Positions 1 through 7,893 of a stretch of 32,000 nt of DNA are shown one piece after another. Location of the stretch: assembly GCF_000253055.1 (NCBI RefSeq), contig NC_016070.1:1620001-1652000 (forward strand), read 5' to 3'. The stretch's first letter is position 1. Each line of letters begins with the position of its first letter. This DNA comes from Thermoproteus tenax Kra 1. Its GTDB lineage: Archaea > Thermoproteota > Thermoprotei > Thermoproteales > Thermoproteaceae. The position numbers were made by a program, and so were the translations under genes. The notes beneath the pieces were generated by a model, which made no database searches, had not been told where the DNA came from, and saw only the letters and a program-made list of their open reading frames with translations.

Positions 1-623
1 GTGCCCTCGCCCAAGGCGAAGATCTGGGCATGAATAACGTAGTCTCCCTCCAGGAGCCCGTAGGCTACCACGGCCTCCGGCTTAACGTTGGCCGCAAAAA
101 TCGCCAGATCGATGTCGTGTATTGTGAGATCCTTTATTACTCCCACGTCGCCCGCCCTCTGAGGCTTCGGCGAAGTTCTGCGGCTGTATATAGAGACCAC
201 GCCGCCTAGTTTGCCCAAATTATCCCTCATGAACTTGACTGCTGGGTGGTGGCGGAGCACATACCCTGTAGTTACGACCTTGACGCCGCGCCTCAGATCC
301 ATTAGCTCCAGCGCCTGTCTGTAATTTTCAGTAAACGGCTTCTCGACCAGAAGCGATATGCCCGACTCCATCAAGGCCTTGGCGTGTTGATAGTGGAGCT
401 TAGTCGGCGTTGCCACCACGGCGGCATCTATATCGGCCTTTATCGCTTCATCTATAGTTCTGAGGGGGCTCGCTCCGTACGCTTTACTGGCCCATTTCAA
501 TCTGTCCTCATCTATATCTACCACGTAGAGCTCGTCCACCATCCCCTCGGCCGACAACAGCCTCAAGACTCTCACGTGGTTCTTGCCCCAGCCTCCCGCG
601 CCAACGACCGCGACCCTAAGCAT
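1..623 (-). CDS. Gfo/Idh/MocA-family oxidoreductase (partial, C-terminus outside window)
   Basis: Minus-strand translation from ATG at 623: MLRVAVVGAGGWGKNHVRVLRLLSAEG...ELYVVDIDEDRLKWASKAYGASPLRTIDEAIKADIDAAVVATPTKLHYQHAKALMESGISLLVEKPFTEN. Rossmann GxGxxG and the EKP motif are present. This CDS is missing from the supplied ORF track because it runs off the edge. Confidence 0.9.
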   Translation of the reverse strand, partial: MLRVAVVGAGGWGKNHVRVLRLLSAEGMVDELYVVDIDEDRLKWASKAYGASPLRTIDEAIKADIDAAVVATPTKLHYQHAKALMESGISLLVEKPFTENYRQALELMDLRRGVKVVTTGYVLRHHPAVKFMRDNLGKLGGVVSIYSRRTSPKPQRAGDVGVIKDLTIHDIDLAIFAANVKPEAVVAYGLLEGDYVIHAQIFALGEG

Positions 624-645
624 CGTCAGCCGGTGGGCCGACCTT

Positions 646-1431
646 TTAATCTATTCTGGCTTGGGGGAACCTCGTCGATATCTCCCGAATCAGGGCGCTC
701 TTGACCAATTCCACCAACCTCCTGGCCTCCTCGCAGTTTTCAGCGCTTCCATATATATGTATCTCCTCCAGAGGGGCCCCCGTCTCGTGCCCCTTGGGAT
801 GACTTTTTACATATATCCTAGGATCTAGTTTTAGGGCGTCTCTTATGAGCGGGGCCAAGTCGGCCTCAGGCACTCCGGCTAGACGGAAGAGGTCCTCGGC
901 GAAGCAACGCCCTGGCGCCCTCGCCTTCAGTAACGGCTCCACTTGTTCTTCAAATATGGCCTCCATCTCCCTCGGCACTCCGGGCAAGGCAACTATTATC
1001 CTCCCTGCCACCTCGGCCCAGATGCCCGGAGCTACGCCCGCCGAATTGTACAGAGGCCTTGAGCCGCGCGGTATCTGGGCCATTTTCAGACGCTCTGGAG
1101 TCATGGGGTAGCCCCTCTGTCTATACTTCTCGGAGACCCACCTCTCTGCGTCTGGATCCACAACGAGCTCAGCGCCTATGGCCTTTGCTATGGCCGCGTT
1201 GGTCATGTCGTCGGGCGTCGGGCCCAGCCCTCCCGTGGTAATAATCACATCGGCCTTGTCCAGACCCTCGCGCAACACTGATACTATCTCCTCCTCAACG
1301 TCTGGAACTACCACTATCCTCTTGACGGCTATGCCCAAGTATGTAAGCTTTTTGGCCAGCCAGGCCGCGTTGGTGTTGACGACTCTGCCTATCAACAGCT
1401 CGTTTCCTATCGAGATAATCCAGGCGTCCAC
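646..1431 (-). CDS. CinA N-terminal-like molybdopterin-binding domain protein
   Basis: MDAWIISIGNELLIGRVVNTNAAWLAKKLTYLGI...DVIITTGGLGPTPDDMTNAAIAKA...ALPGVPREM is typical of the CinA/MoCF-like family. Confidence 0.9.
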   Translation of the reverse strand: MDAWIISIGNELLIGRVVNTNAAWLAKKLTYLGIAVKRIVVVPDVEEEIVSVLREGLDKADVIITTGGLGPTPDDMTNAAIAKAIGAELVVDPDAERWVSEKYRQRGYPMTPERLKMAQIPRGSRPLYNSAGVAPGIWAEVAGRIIVALPGVPREMEAIFEEQVEPLLKARAPGRCFAEDLFRLAGVPEADLAPLIRDALKLDPRIYVKSHPKGHETGAPLEEIHIYGSAENCEEARRLVELVKSALIREISTRFPQARID

Positions 1432-1472
1432 TTATATAACGGACTGTTTTATTAAGAAGATTCGGAGGTGTC

Positions 1473-1919
1473 ATGGAGTTCCCCGATATAGAGCTGAGGG
1501 CCCACACAGGTGAGACCGTGAGGCCTAGGTCCTTTGAAAGGGCTGTAGTATATTTTTTCCCAAAGGCGTTCACATCGGGATGCACGCGCGAGGCCATACG
1601 ATTCAACGAGCTCTACGATGAGTTTAAGGCCTTGGGCGTGGAGATCTTCGGGATCTCTACAGATAAAATAGACACTTTAAGAAAGTTCGCCGAAAAGTAC
1701 CAGTTGAAGTTCAGATTGTTGAGCGATGAGGGAGGAAATCTGGCGAGACAGTTAGGCATACAGAGGCCCAGCGGCTCGGCCGAGAGGGTCACTTATATCT
1801 TGGAGAGAGGGCGCGTGGTGGAGGTTCTTCGCAATCTCAGAAGCGCCGATCAACACGCAGATAGAGCACTGGAGGTCGCCAGAAGGGCGTTCAAGGCAGG
1901 CGGACCCGGTGGGATTTGA
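1473..1919 (+). CDS. Peroxiredoxin (AhpC/TSA, Bcp/PrxQ-type)
   Basis: FPDIELRAHTGETV...VVYFFPKAFTSGCTREAIRFNELYDEFKALGVEIFGISTD contains the peroxidatic Cys region. The 3' end overlaps a tRNA gene on the opposite strand. Confidence 0.9.
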   Translation: MEFPDIELRAHTGETVRPRSFERAVVYFFPKAFTSGCTREAIRFNELYDEFKALGVEIFGISTDKIDTLRKFAEKYQLKFRLLSDEGGNLARQLGIQRPSGSAERVTYILERGRVVEVLRNLRSADQHADRALEVARRAFKAGGPGGI

Positions 1920-1993
1920 ACCCACGACCTACGGCTCTCGGCGGCGCCGGCCACCGCAGGCCGCCGCTCTGATCCAGGCTGAGCTACGGGTCC
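1901..1993 (-). tRNA. tRNA-Arg(GCG) with 17-nt canonical 37/38 intron
   Basis: Manual fold of the reverse complement: GGACCCG TA GCTC AGCCTGGATCA GAGC G GCGGC CTGCGG [TGGCCGGCGCCGCCGAG] A GCCGT AGGTC GTGGG TTCAAAT CCCAC CGGGTCC G. Acceptor, D, anticodon (one G-U) and T stems all close. No CCA is encoded. Confidence 0.88.
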
Positions 1994-2044
1994 CGCTAGT
2001 TTCTTCCAACGAGCTTTTAAAGCGTTTTGCCCCTGTCTTAGTTC

Positions 2045-2100
2045 TAGATCAGCCCTGGCCACTCCAGCAATCCGTGCTCCAAAAGTCCATCATCACCGTT
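2045..2100 (-). ncRNA. Candidate C/D box sRNA (minus strand)
   Basis: Reverse complement has a perfect C box GTGATGA (2096-2090) and D box CTGA (2052-2049) separated by 37 nt. Internal D'/C' boxes are degenerate. Confidence 0.5.
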
Positions 2101-2122
2101 TTTAATTGGGGTAGAGAATAAA

Positions 2123-2179
2123 TAATATGACGAGGCTGGACGTCGCTGACGAGTGAGGAGGCGTGAAAGGGCTGATCGT
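2123..2179 (+). ncRNA. C/D box sRNA
   Basis: C ATGACGA (2127-2133), 12-nt spacer GGCTGGACGTCG, D' CTGA (2146-2149), C' GTGAGGA (2153-2159), 12-nt spacer GGCGTGAAAGGG, D CTGA (2172-2175). The geometry is that of an archaeal C/D sRNA, and there is a TATA-like TTTTTAAT about 20 nt upstream. Confidence 0.8.
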
Positions 2180-2191
2180 ATTGACAGCAAA

Positions 2192-2211
2192 CCTCGCCCT
2201 TCAGGGCGGGG
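2192..2211. repeat. 9-bp GC-rich hairpin with 2-nt loop, resembling IS200/IS605-type end hairpins
   Basis: CCTCGCCCT-TC-AGGGCGGGG inverted repeat between the C/D sRNA and the THEP1 gene. Confidence 0.4.
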
Positions 2212-2244
2212 GCGCGGTCATTGTATTAAACCCACAATAGGTAG

Positions 2245-2751
2245 ATGTGTATGAAGGTCGCCGTCACGGGGCCTCCCGGCGTTGGTAAGACTACTCTGGC
2301 GTTGAAAGTGGCCGAGGCCGCCAGAGGGGTCGGTCTCGACGTTAGAGGCTTTGTGACAGTGGAGCTCAGAGAGGGGGGACAGAGGGTGGGGTTCGATATA
2401 TTGAGGCTGGCTGATGGAGCGAGGGCGCCTCTGGCAAGGGTCGGACCCGGCGAGCCTAGAGTGGGCAAATACGTCGTGTTGTTGAGCTCATGCGACTTCA
2501 TCGTCTCTGCTTTGAGAGAGGCGGGCGACCTTCTGATAGTCGACGAAGTCGGCGCGATGGAGGCCAAGTGTGCCGGCTTTCTCAACGAGGCGAAGTCGGC
2601 GATTGAGCGCAGCGCCAGAGCGCTGGCTGTAGTACACCTCAGATATGTGGGCGCGGCCAGAGGATGGGGCCTCAAGATATATAGTTTGACCAAAGACAAT
2701 AGAGAGCAAATATTCAATGAGGTGGTCAAACTACTTCTTCAAAACGTTTAA
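2245..2751 (+). CDS. Nucleoside-triphosphatase THEP1 family
   Basis: P-loop GPPGVGKT, GFVTVELREGGQRVGFDI, and LLIVDEVGAMEAKC are THEP1 signatures. Confidence 0.93.
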   Translation: MCMKVAVTGPPGVGKTTLALKVAEAARGVGLDVRGFVTVELREGGQRVGFDILRLADGARAPLARVGPGEPRVGKYVVLLSSCDFIVSALREAGDLLIVDEVGAMEAKCAGFLNEAKSAIERSARALAVVHLRYVGAARGWGLKIYSLTKDNREQIFNEVVKLLLQNV

Positions 2752-2773
2752 ATCTTTCGATAACGGCTTCGAT

Positions 2774-3214
2774 GTGGATCGTTGGCATAGAGGTAGGTGG
2801 GCCTTCGGCGGTCCTCCGTTTTTAATAAAGAGGAGAGGTCTGAGGTATCTGATACTCAACATCTTGGCCTCACAAGGCGCATTGACTGGGTCGCAGATAG
2901 CTGACGAGATAGAGAAGATGACGTGGGGGTTCTGGCGCCCCTCGCCGGGGTCCATATATCCCGCGTTAGCTCAGCTAGAGGCGGAGGGGCTCATCCGCGT
3001 GGCGAAGGTGGAGGGAACTAAGAAGTACTACGAACTTACTGACAACGGAAGGAGGCTCTTGGGCCTTAGCTCTGACTACGTTAGGGAGGCGCTGCTGACG
3101 TTCGAGAACTTATACAACTTCATCGCCGAAAATTGGGAAAAATTAAGCGAGGAGGACAGAAAGACGCTCAGAAGAATAGCTGAGGATATCTTGGAGAAAG
3201 ATGGACATAGGTAA
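2774..3214 (+). CDS. PadR-family transcriptional regulator (likely GTG start at 2774)
   Basis: LRYLILNILASQGALTGSQIADEIEKMTWGFWRPSPGSIYPALAQLEAEGLIRVAKVEGTKKYYELTDNGRRLL is a PadR winged helix. Confidence 0.9.
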   Translation: MDRWHRGRWAFGGPPFLIKRRGLRYLILNILASQGALTGSQIADEIEKMTWGFWRPSPGSIYPALAQLEAEGLIRVAKVEGTKKYYELTDNGRRLLGLSSDYVREALLTFENLYNFIAENWEKLSEEDRKTLRRIAEDILEKDGHR

Positions 3215-4199
3215 GCTGCCCCCCGAGCTTGTATCCAAATACATCTACTCCAGGATGGGGTCCTACGATCCCGCCGTCTTGATAGGGCCCAGCCTCGGGG
3301 AGGACGCCGCAATAATTAGAGTGGGCAATAGGTATCTAGCCATGCACGTGGACCCGATATCCGGTTCGCTCGAGCTACTCGGCTGGCTGGCCGTACATGT
3401 GGTGTCCAACGACATTGCGGTCAGAGGCTTGAGGCCCAGATGGCTTATGCCCACCATCATGTTGCCGCCTAGTGTTGACGAGTCAGTAATAGATGTCATA
3501 ACCGAACAGATGGACCACGCCGCCAGAGAGGTGGGCGCATCGATAGTGGGAGGCCACACTGAGGTGACCACGGCCGTCTCGCGCCCCGTCGTGGTCATGG
3601 CGGCCGTTGGCGAGGGCGATAGATATGTGGCCACTGGGGGCGCGAGGCCGGGCGACCTAGTCCTTATGACGAAGAGCGCGGCGCTGGAGGCAGCGGCCAT
3701 CTTGGCCACCGACTTTAAAGATATGGTGCTCGCGGCCGGAGTGCCGAGGGAGGTCGTGGAGAGGGCGCAGACGTTCGCTAAATACGTGTCGGTAGTCCGC
3801 GAGGCTCTTGCTATATCGGATCTGGCCACCGCGATGCACGACCCCACTGAGGGCGGCGTCGTGGCTGGTCTAGCCGAAGTTGCTTACGCGTCCTCCGTCA
3901 CAATAATAGTGAGGGCCTCGTCGATAAAGATAGCCCCAGAGACTGCCGCGTTGTGCTCCGCAGCGGGGCTAGACCCTCTATATACTCTGAGCTCAGGCGC
4001 GCTCATAGCCACTGTGCCTGCCGAGAGGGTCGATGAGGCGCTTGAGAGATTGAGGAGGATCGGCGTCGAGGCCAACGTCATCGGCGAAGTTGTTCCAAGG
4101 GGGAGCTACTTACTCGATGGAGATATCAAGGTCGCGAGTCCCTACGTCAGAGACAAGCTCTTTGAGCTCTTCATAAGGCAGTCAGCCGGCAGGTCATAG
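3201..4199 (+). CDS. AIR synthase-related / HypE-like protein
   Basis: GPSLGEDAAIIRVGNRYLAMHVDPISG, SNDIAVRGLRPRWLMPTIMLP, VGGHTEVT, and MHDPTEGGVVAGLAEVA are HypE/PurM-family motifs. Confidence 0.87.
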   Translation: MDIGKLPPELVSKYIYSRMGSYDPAVLIGPSLGEDAAIIRVGNRYLAMHVDPISGSLELLGWLAVHVVSNDIAVRGLRPRWLMPTIMLPPSVDESVIDVITEQMDHAAREVGASIVGGHTEVTTAVSRPVVVMAAVGEGDRYVATGGARPGDLVLMTKSAALEAAAILATDFKDMVLAAGVPREVVERAQTFAKYVSVVREALAISDLATAMHDPTEGGVVAGLAEVAYASSVTIIVRASSIKIAPETAALCSAAGLDPLYTLSSGALIATVPAERVDEALERLRRIGVEANVIGEVVPRGSYLLDGDIKVASPYVRDKLFELFIRQSAGRS

Positions 4200-4236
4200 A
4201 TCATCTGTCTCTGGCCTGCGTAGTGACATCACCGTT
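4178..4236 (-). ncRNA. Candidate C/D box sRNA antisense to the 3' end of the HypE-like gene
   Basis: Reverse complement: C GTGATGT (4232-4226), 12-nt spacer CACTACGCAGGC, D'-like CAGA, C'-like CAGATGA, 15-nt spacer, D CTGA (4185-4182). A TATA-like TTTAAAAC lies about 25 nt upstream. One or more boxes deviate from consensus. Confidence 0.45.
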
Positions 4237-4268
4237 CTACATACACAAGGGCGTTTTAAAGACTCTAT

Positions 4269-5252
4269 ATGCCGTCGAAAGCGCTGTGTTTGGGTTTTGA
4301 GCCTTTTAGTATACGGCGGGAGAGCCCAAAACAGAACCCCATCCCCCAAAACCCACACCAGAGGCCAACCCGCCGCCGGGACAACCTCAAAGCGCTGTTG
4401 GCCGAGGGAGGGGCCCAACGCGGGGGGCCGCAGCCCGGCGCGGCCGAGGGGCATAAGGCGGCGGAAGGTTTATCTGGCGGCGCTGGGTCTTTTAGAGTGT
4501 CTGGCGATGTGGAGGTCTCGGTGGAGGATCTGAGGCTGGAGGGCGGATCGCCCTCAGCCCGCCTGGTCGTCAAGGCGGGCGGCTCCGCGGTCAGGTTCCG
4601 CCTTGGCATTAGGGGGAAGCTCGAGCTCGTCTTCGGCCCCTCCGCTAGGGAGAGGGCCGAGGAGGCGGCGCGCGTCCTTAGGGCGCTGGGCGTGGAGGCC
4701 GAGCCGCGCCAGCACGGGGGCAGGTGGAGGGTGTACGTGACGACAAACGCCATAGCCTCAGCCCACCCAGCGCTGAGGGAGGCCGTGGCCCGCGCAGTGG
4801 AGGCCGCCGCAGAGAGGGGGGCGGTGAAGAAGGAGGTGGCTGAGGGCTGGCTGAGGAAGCTCAGGTCGTCCAGCCCGCCCGGCTGGCCGGACTTCTCGGT
4901 GCGGGTGGACAAAGGCGAGCTACGCGTCGAGCACAAAACCCGCAGAAGGGAGCAGATGGAGGAGGTCGCCGCCAAGCTGAGGGCCCTGGGCCTCGCCGAG
5001 GGGACAGACTACAGGAGGTACCCCGGGAGGTACATAGAGCGCCTCCAGATCACGCCGGACGGCGTCAGGAGGCTGGCCCATATAGCGAAACACGCCGAGG
5101 ACCCAAGGGCGAGGGGGGAGGCGGCCGCGCTGCTGACGCACCTCATAGAGAGGGCCAGAGACGAGAAGGCGAGGGCAAGGCTGGAGGAGCTGGTTAGGGG
5201 GCATGATCGAGCTGCCGAGGCCCATCGTGGACAAGCTGTTGAGAGCGCATAG
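4269..5252 (+). CDS. PaRep2b-domain-like protein
   Basis: VYVTTNAIASAHPALREAVARAVEAAAERGAVKKEVAEGWLRKLR...WPDFSVRVDKGELRVEHKTRRREQMEEVAAKLRALGLAEGTDYRRYPG...YIERLQITPDGVRRLAHIAKHAED resembles the Pyrobaculum/Thermoproteales PaRep2b family. The true start is uncertain. Confidence 0.65.
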   Translation: MPSKALCLGFEPFSIRRESPKQNPIPQNPHQRPTRRRDNLKALLAEGGAQRGGPQPGAAEGHKAAEGLSGGAGSFRVSGDVEVSVEDLRLEGGSPSARLVVKAGGSAVRFRLGIRGKLELVFGPSARERAEEAARVLRALGVEAEPRQHGGRWRVYVTTNAIASAHPALREAVARAVEAAAERGAVKKEVAEGWLRKLRSSSPPGWPDFSVRVDKGELRVEHKTRRREQMEEVAAKLRALGLAEGTDYRRYPGRYIERLQITPDGVRRLAHIAKHAEDPRARGEAAALLTHLIERARDEKARARLEELVRGHDRAAEAHRGQAVESA

Positions 5253-6555
5253 GGCGAACAACTACCTAGGCGTAGAGGCCATGGGCCTCCCAATACCACC
5301 AGTGCAGGTCAATCCAGCAACGCCGTATGGATACCCCCTCTTCTGGCTGGAGAGATGGATGCCGGATGTGTACAGCGTACTCGACCACGTCGGGCTCTCG
5401 GCGGATGTATACTACGGTAGCCGCGTAGGATACATACCCTCAATCGACTGGGGCCCTCTCAAACTGTATATCTCTCACACGACGCCCAGCATATATATAG
5501 AATCCTCAGAGCTACGCGTTCGTCCAAGGAGCGGCTTGTACATAGGCCCGGTGAGGGCGCTCGAGGTAGATACCAATCCGCCGGCCCCTAAGTGGCCCGC
5601 GCTGGAGCTGAAACACGACTACATCGAGTACAGGGACGTCCGCGGAAAAGTGAAAGAGGCGAGCGTGCTCAACTTCTACGACAAGCGTCTGCCGGACGGC
5701 AGCCTGTACCTCTTCACGCCAGTCGACAACGCTGTCACCCTCCTGTCCCTCTTCGACAACCCGGAGGCCGGGGATCTTCTGAGGGAGTGGACGCCGGAGC
5801 TGGCGCCCGTGTGGGACGGGCTGGAGGAGCTGGCCAAGAAGACCCGAGTGGAGTACTCGGAGGAGGACATGAGGTTCTTCGAAGCGGCGGGGGTCGGGGT
5901 AGGGAATGTCGAGTTCGAGTTCGGGCCCGTAATAACGCCTAAGGGGAGGATCTCCATACCGGACGCGATAATCGATGCGCTGTACGAAAAGCTCAAGGGA
6001 GAGGGGATAGACCCCCGCGTGAGTGAAGACTTTGGAAAGAGTTTCGGCTGCGTGGCCGGCCTAGGCTGCGTGATATTCGAGAGGAAGCCCCAGGCCGTGG
6101 ACGAGTGTATGGATAAGCGCCCGAGGCTAAGGGAGGCGTACGACAAGTTGCGGAAGGAGTTTTTGGAGAGGCAGGATTATATTGCGGAGTTGGGCTTCCT
6201 CCTGCCGGGCTCCTACTGCGTCTGTATGTTGGGCGAGAAGCTTGAGATCCCGGAGGATGAGTGGCCGTCCCCCCTTGCTGAGTCTGTCGAGTTCGCCGTT
6301 AGGCGCTACAGGCCTGGGGAGAGGGAGGGCGAGTGCATGTGTTTTGACGCCTCCTGCAGAGAGGCCGAGCCGGACCTTGGGAGGCTGGAGGAGCTCCTCG
6401 ACGTATACCTAAGGCGCCTCCACCGGGCCATATGGAGGGGTCTGGCGGTGGTGGAGAGGGGGGTCAGGGCGTGGGAGGAGTCCGGCATGCTCAAGGCGAC
6501 GACCGAGGAGGAGCTCGAGAAGATCGTCGATGAGATATACGGCAACCTCTGGTAG
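5203..6555 (+). CDS. Uncharacterised 450-aa protein adjacent to and overlapping the PaRep2b-like ORF
   Basis: Long ORF with a plausible start (GGGGGcATG) overlapping the upstream ORF by 50 nt. It has an internal Cys-rich part (CVAGLGCVIF...ECMD...YCVCMLG...GECMCFDASC). No family recognised. Confidence 0.7.
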   Translation: MIELPRPIVDKLLRAHRANNYLGVEAMGLPIPPVQVNPATPYGYPLFWLERWMPDVYSVLDHVGLSADVYYGSRVGYIPSIDWGPLKLYISHTTPSIYIESSELRVRPRSGLYIGPVRALEVDTNPPAPKWPALELKHDYIEYRDVRGKVKEASVLNFYDKRLPDGSLYLFTPVDNAVTLLSLFDNPEAGDLLREWTPELAPVWDGLEELAKKTRVEYSEEDMRFFEAAGVGVGNVEFEFGPVITPKGRISIPDAIIDALYEKLKGEGIDPRVSEDFGKSFGCVAGLGCVIFERKPQAVDECMDKRPRLREAYDKLRKEFLERQDYIAELGFLLPGSYCVCMLGEKLEIPEDEWPSPLAESVEFAVRRYRPGEREGECMCFDASCREAEPDLGRLEELLDVYLRRLHRAIWRGLAVVERGVRAWEESGMLKATTEEELEKIVDEIYGNLW

Positions 6556-6729
6556 CACGGCGCGTGTGCGGCGCCGCACCCCTCCTCTGCCTCTTTCCGC
6601 GGTTGTGTGTACCGTGGTAGGCGGGGGTCTAGACCTTGTTAAATATTAAATATGCCGTATAGATGGCGTTGTGATGATCTCTTCACTGCGCGGAGTTGTG
6701 ACCATTCCGGCAGACTTATATAAAGGTAG

Positions 6730-6841
6730 TGGGGCCGCCGGGATTTGAACCCGGGCTCACCGGCGCTCTGGTACGGGGCCTAGCCCCAGGCCGGCATCGT
6801 GGCCGGTACTTGTACCTCTAGCCAGGCTAGACTACGGCCCC
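6730..6841 (-). tRNA. tRNA-Pro(GGG) with two introns (about 20 nt near 24/25 and 18 nt at 37/38)
   Basis: Reverse complement: GGGGCCG TA GTCT AGCCTGGCT AGA [GGTACAAGTACCGGCCACGA] TG CCGGC CTGGGG [CTAGGCCCCGTACCAGAG] C GCCGG TGAGC CCGGG TTCAAAT CCCGG CGGCCCC A. All four arms form only after removing both inserts. The exact boundary of the first intron is uncertain. Confidence 0.82.
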
Positions 6842-6883
6842 TTATACTCTGTTTCCGAGGGTTTATTAATATTTGGCGTGCGG

Positions 6884-7663
6884 CTATAGGCTGGCGACCG
6901 TCAATGTGCCCTCAAGCGCCTTGTTTACGACAAAGTTTATGAATCTCTCGAGCGGCTCCACTCTGTCGCCTAAGCTCTTCCTCAGCATCTCCATGGCCCC
7001 CCTTATCTCTGCCACGAGCGGCCTCATGTCGTTCTTGTTCCCCTCGTCGGCCATATCGTCGGAATATTGGTACAAAACGCCGAGGGCCCTCCCCAGAGAG
7101 GCCGCGTGTCTCAGAAGCTCGCGCCTTCGCAATATAATGGTGGGCATAACGAAGGCGGCCTCTATGAGGGGGGCCGTCTTGAGCTCCGCCGACTCTCTCT
7201 TGAGCCCCCGCATGTCCATTGCCTGGCCCTCCGCCAATCTCTTCGCTATACTGGAGAGGTATAATACGACGTCTGCCCCTATAGCTACTGCCCTCTCTAT
7301 GGCCTCCGCTATGAGCCAATCGCTCGCCACTATCGATGCGCCGTCGCCGTATAACTCCCGCGGCGTCTTCTGGCCTCTGCGGTCTCTGTGGCCGTCTATA
7401 ACGTCGTCTTGCAACAGTGACACTATGTGGAGCGTCTCCAGGATGGATGCCGCATTGATTATTTTCCGGTCGTCCAATCTGCGGGGGTCTAGCACGTAGG
7501 TGAAAAGGAGCAAGAGGAGGGGCCTTATCATCTTGCCGGGCCTCTCGATGTAGGCGCGTATGGCGGCCCTAAGCAGAGGGTCGGCGACGCTCGAGCCTAT
7601 GCCGTTCATATCTCCCTTGACTTTCTCTAGGGCGTTTAGAACCTCGGCCGGTATATCTAACAC
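6884..7663 (-). CDS. Polyprenyl synthetase (geranylgeranyl/farnesyl diphosphate synthase family)
   Basis: ERPGKMIRPLLLLL, LLQDDVIDGHRDRRG (first Asp-rich motif), YQYSDDMADEG (second motif). Confidence 0.88.
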   Translation of the reverse strand: MLDIPAEVLNALEKVKGDMNGIGSSVADPLLRAAIRAYIERPGKMIRPLLLLLFTYVLDPRRLDDRKIINAASILETLHIVSLLQDDVIDGHRDRRGQKTPRELYGDGASIVASDWLIAEAIERAVAIGADVVLYLSSIAKRLAEGQAMDMRGLKRESAELKTAPLIEAAFVMPTIILRRRELLRHAASLGRALGVLYQYSDDMADEGNKNDMRPLVAEIRGAMEMLRKSLGDRVEPLERFINFVVNKALEGTLTVASL

Positions 7664-7695
7664 GGGGTAAAAAAGGTATTTGCCCTATATTTACT

Positions 7696-7893
7696 TTACT
7701 GTTTTACTTTAAATCTGTGGTCTGCCGTCTCCTCCACTTTGCCCTCCTTCTTCAACCTAGTGAGCTGCGCTTTGACTATGGCGACGCGGTCCACTCCTAT
7801 GGCCTTGGCTATCTCCTCGGGAGTATACTCCTTTCCGGCGTTCTGGCTCAAGAATTGATATATTTTTTCTTTAACTCCCTCAGGCATATTCAT
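7696..7893 (-). CDS. Small winged-helix/HTH protein
   Basis: EKIYQFLSQNAGKEYTPEEIAKAIGVDRVAIVKAQLTRLKKEGKVEETADHRFKV has a wHTH pattern. Confidence 0.75.
   Translation of the reverse strand: MNMPEGVKEKIYQFLSQNAGKEYTPEEIAKAIGVDRVAIVKAQLTRLKKEGKVEETADHRFKVKQ

Noticed and set aside
4265-4975. 236-aa minus-strand ORF opposite the PaRep2b-like gene.
   Set aside because: Ser/Ala/Thr/Pro-rich antisense frame in a high-GC gene; the plus strand has family-like features.
6671-6714. Possible plus-strand C/D sRNA: GTGATGA about 25 nt after an AT-rich TTAAATATTAAATA element.
   Set aside because: No CTGA D box at a suitable distance (only CAGA), and no convincing D'/C' boxes. The C box alone is insufficient.
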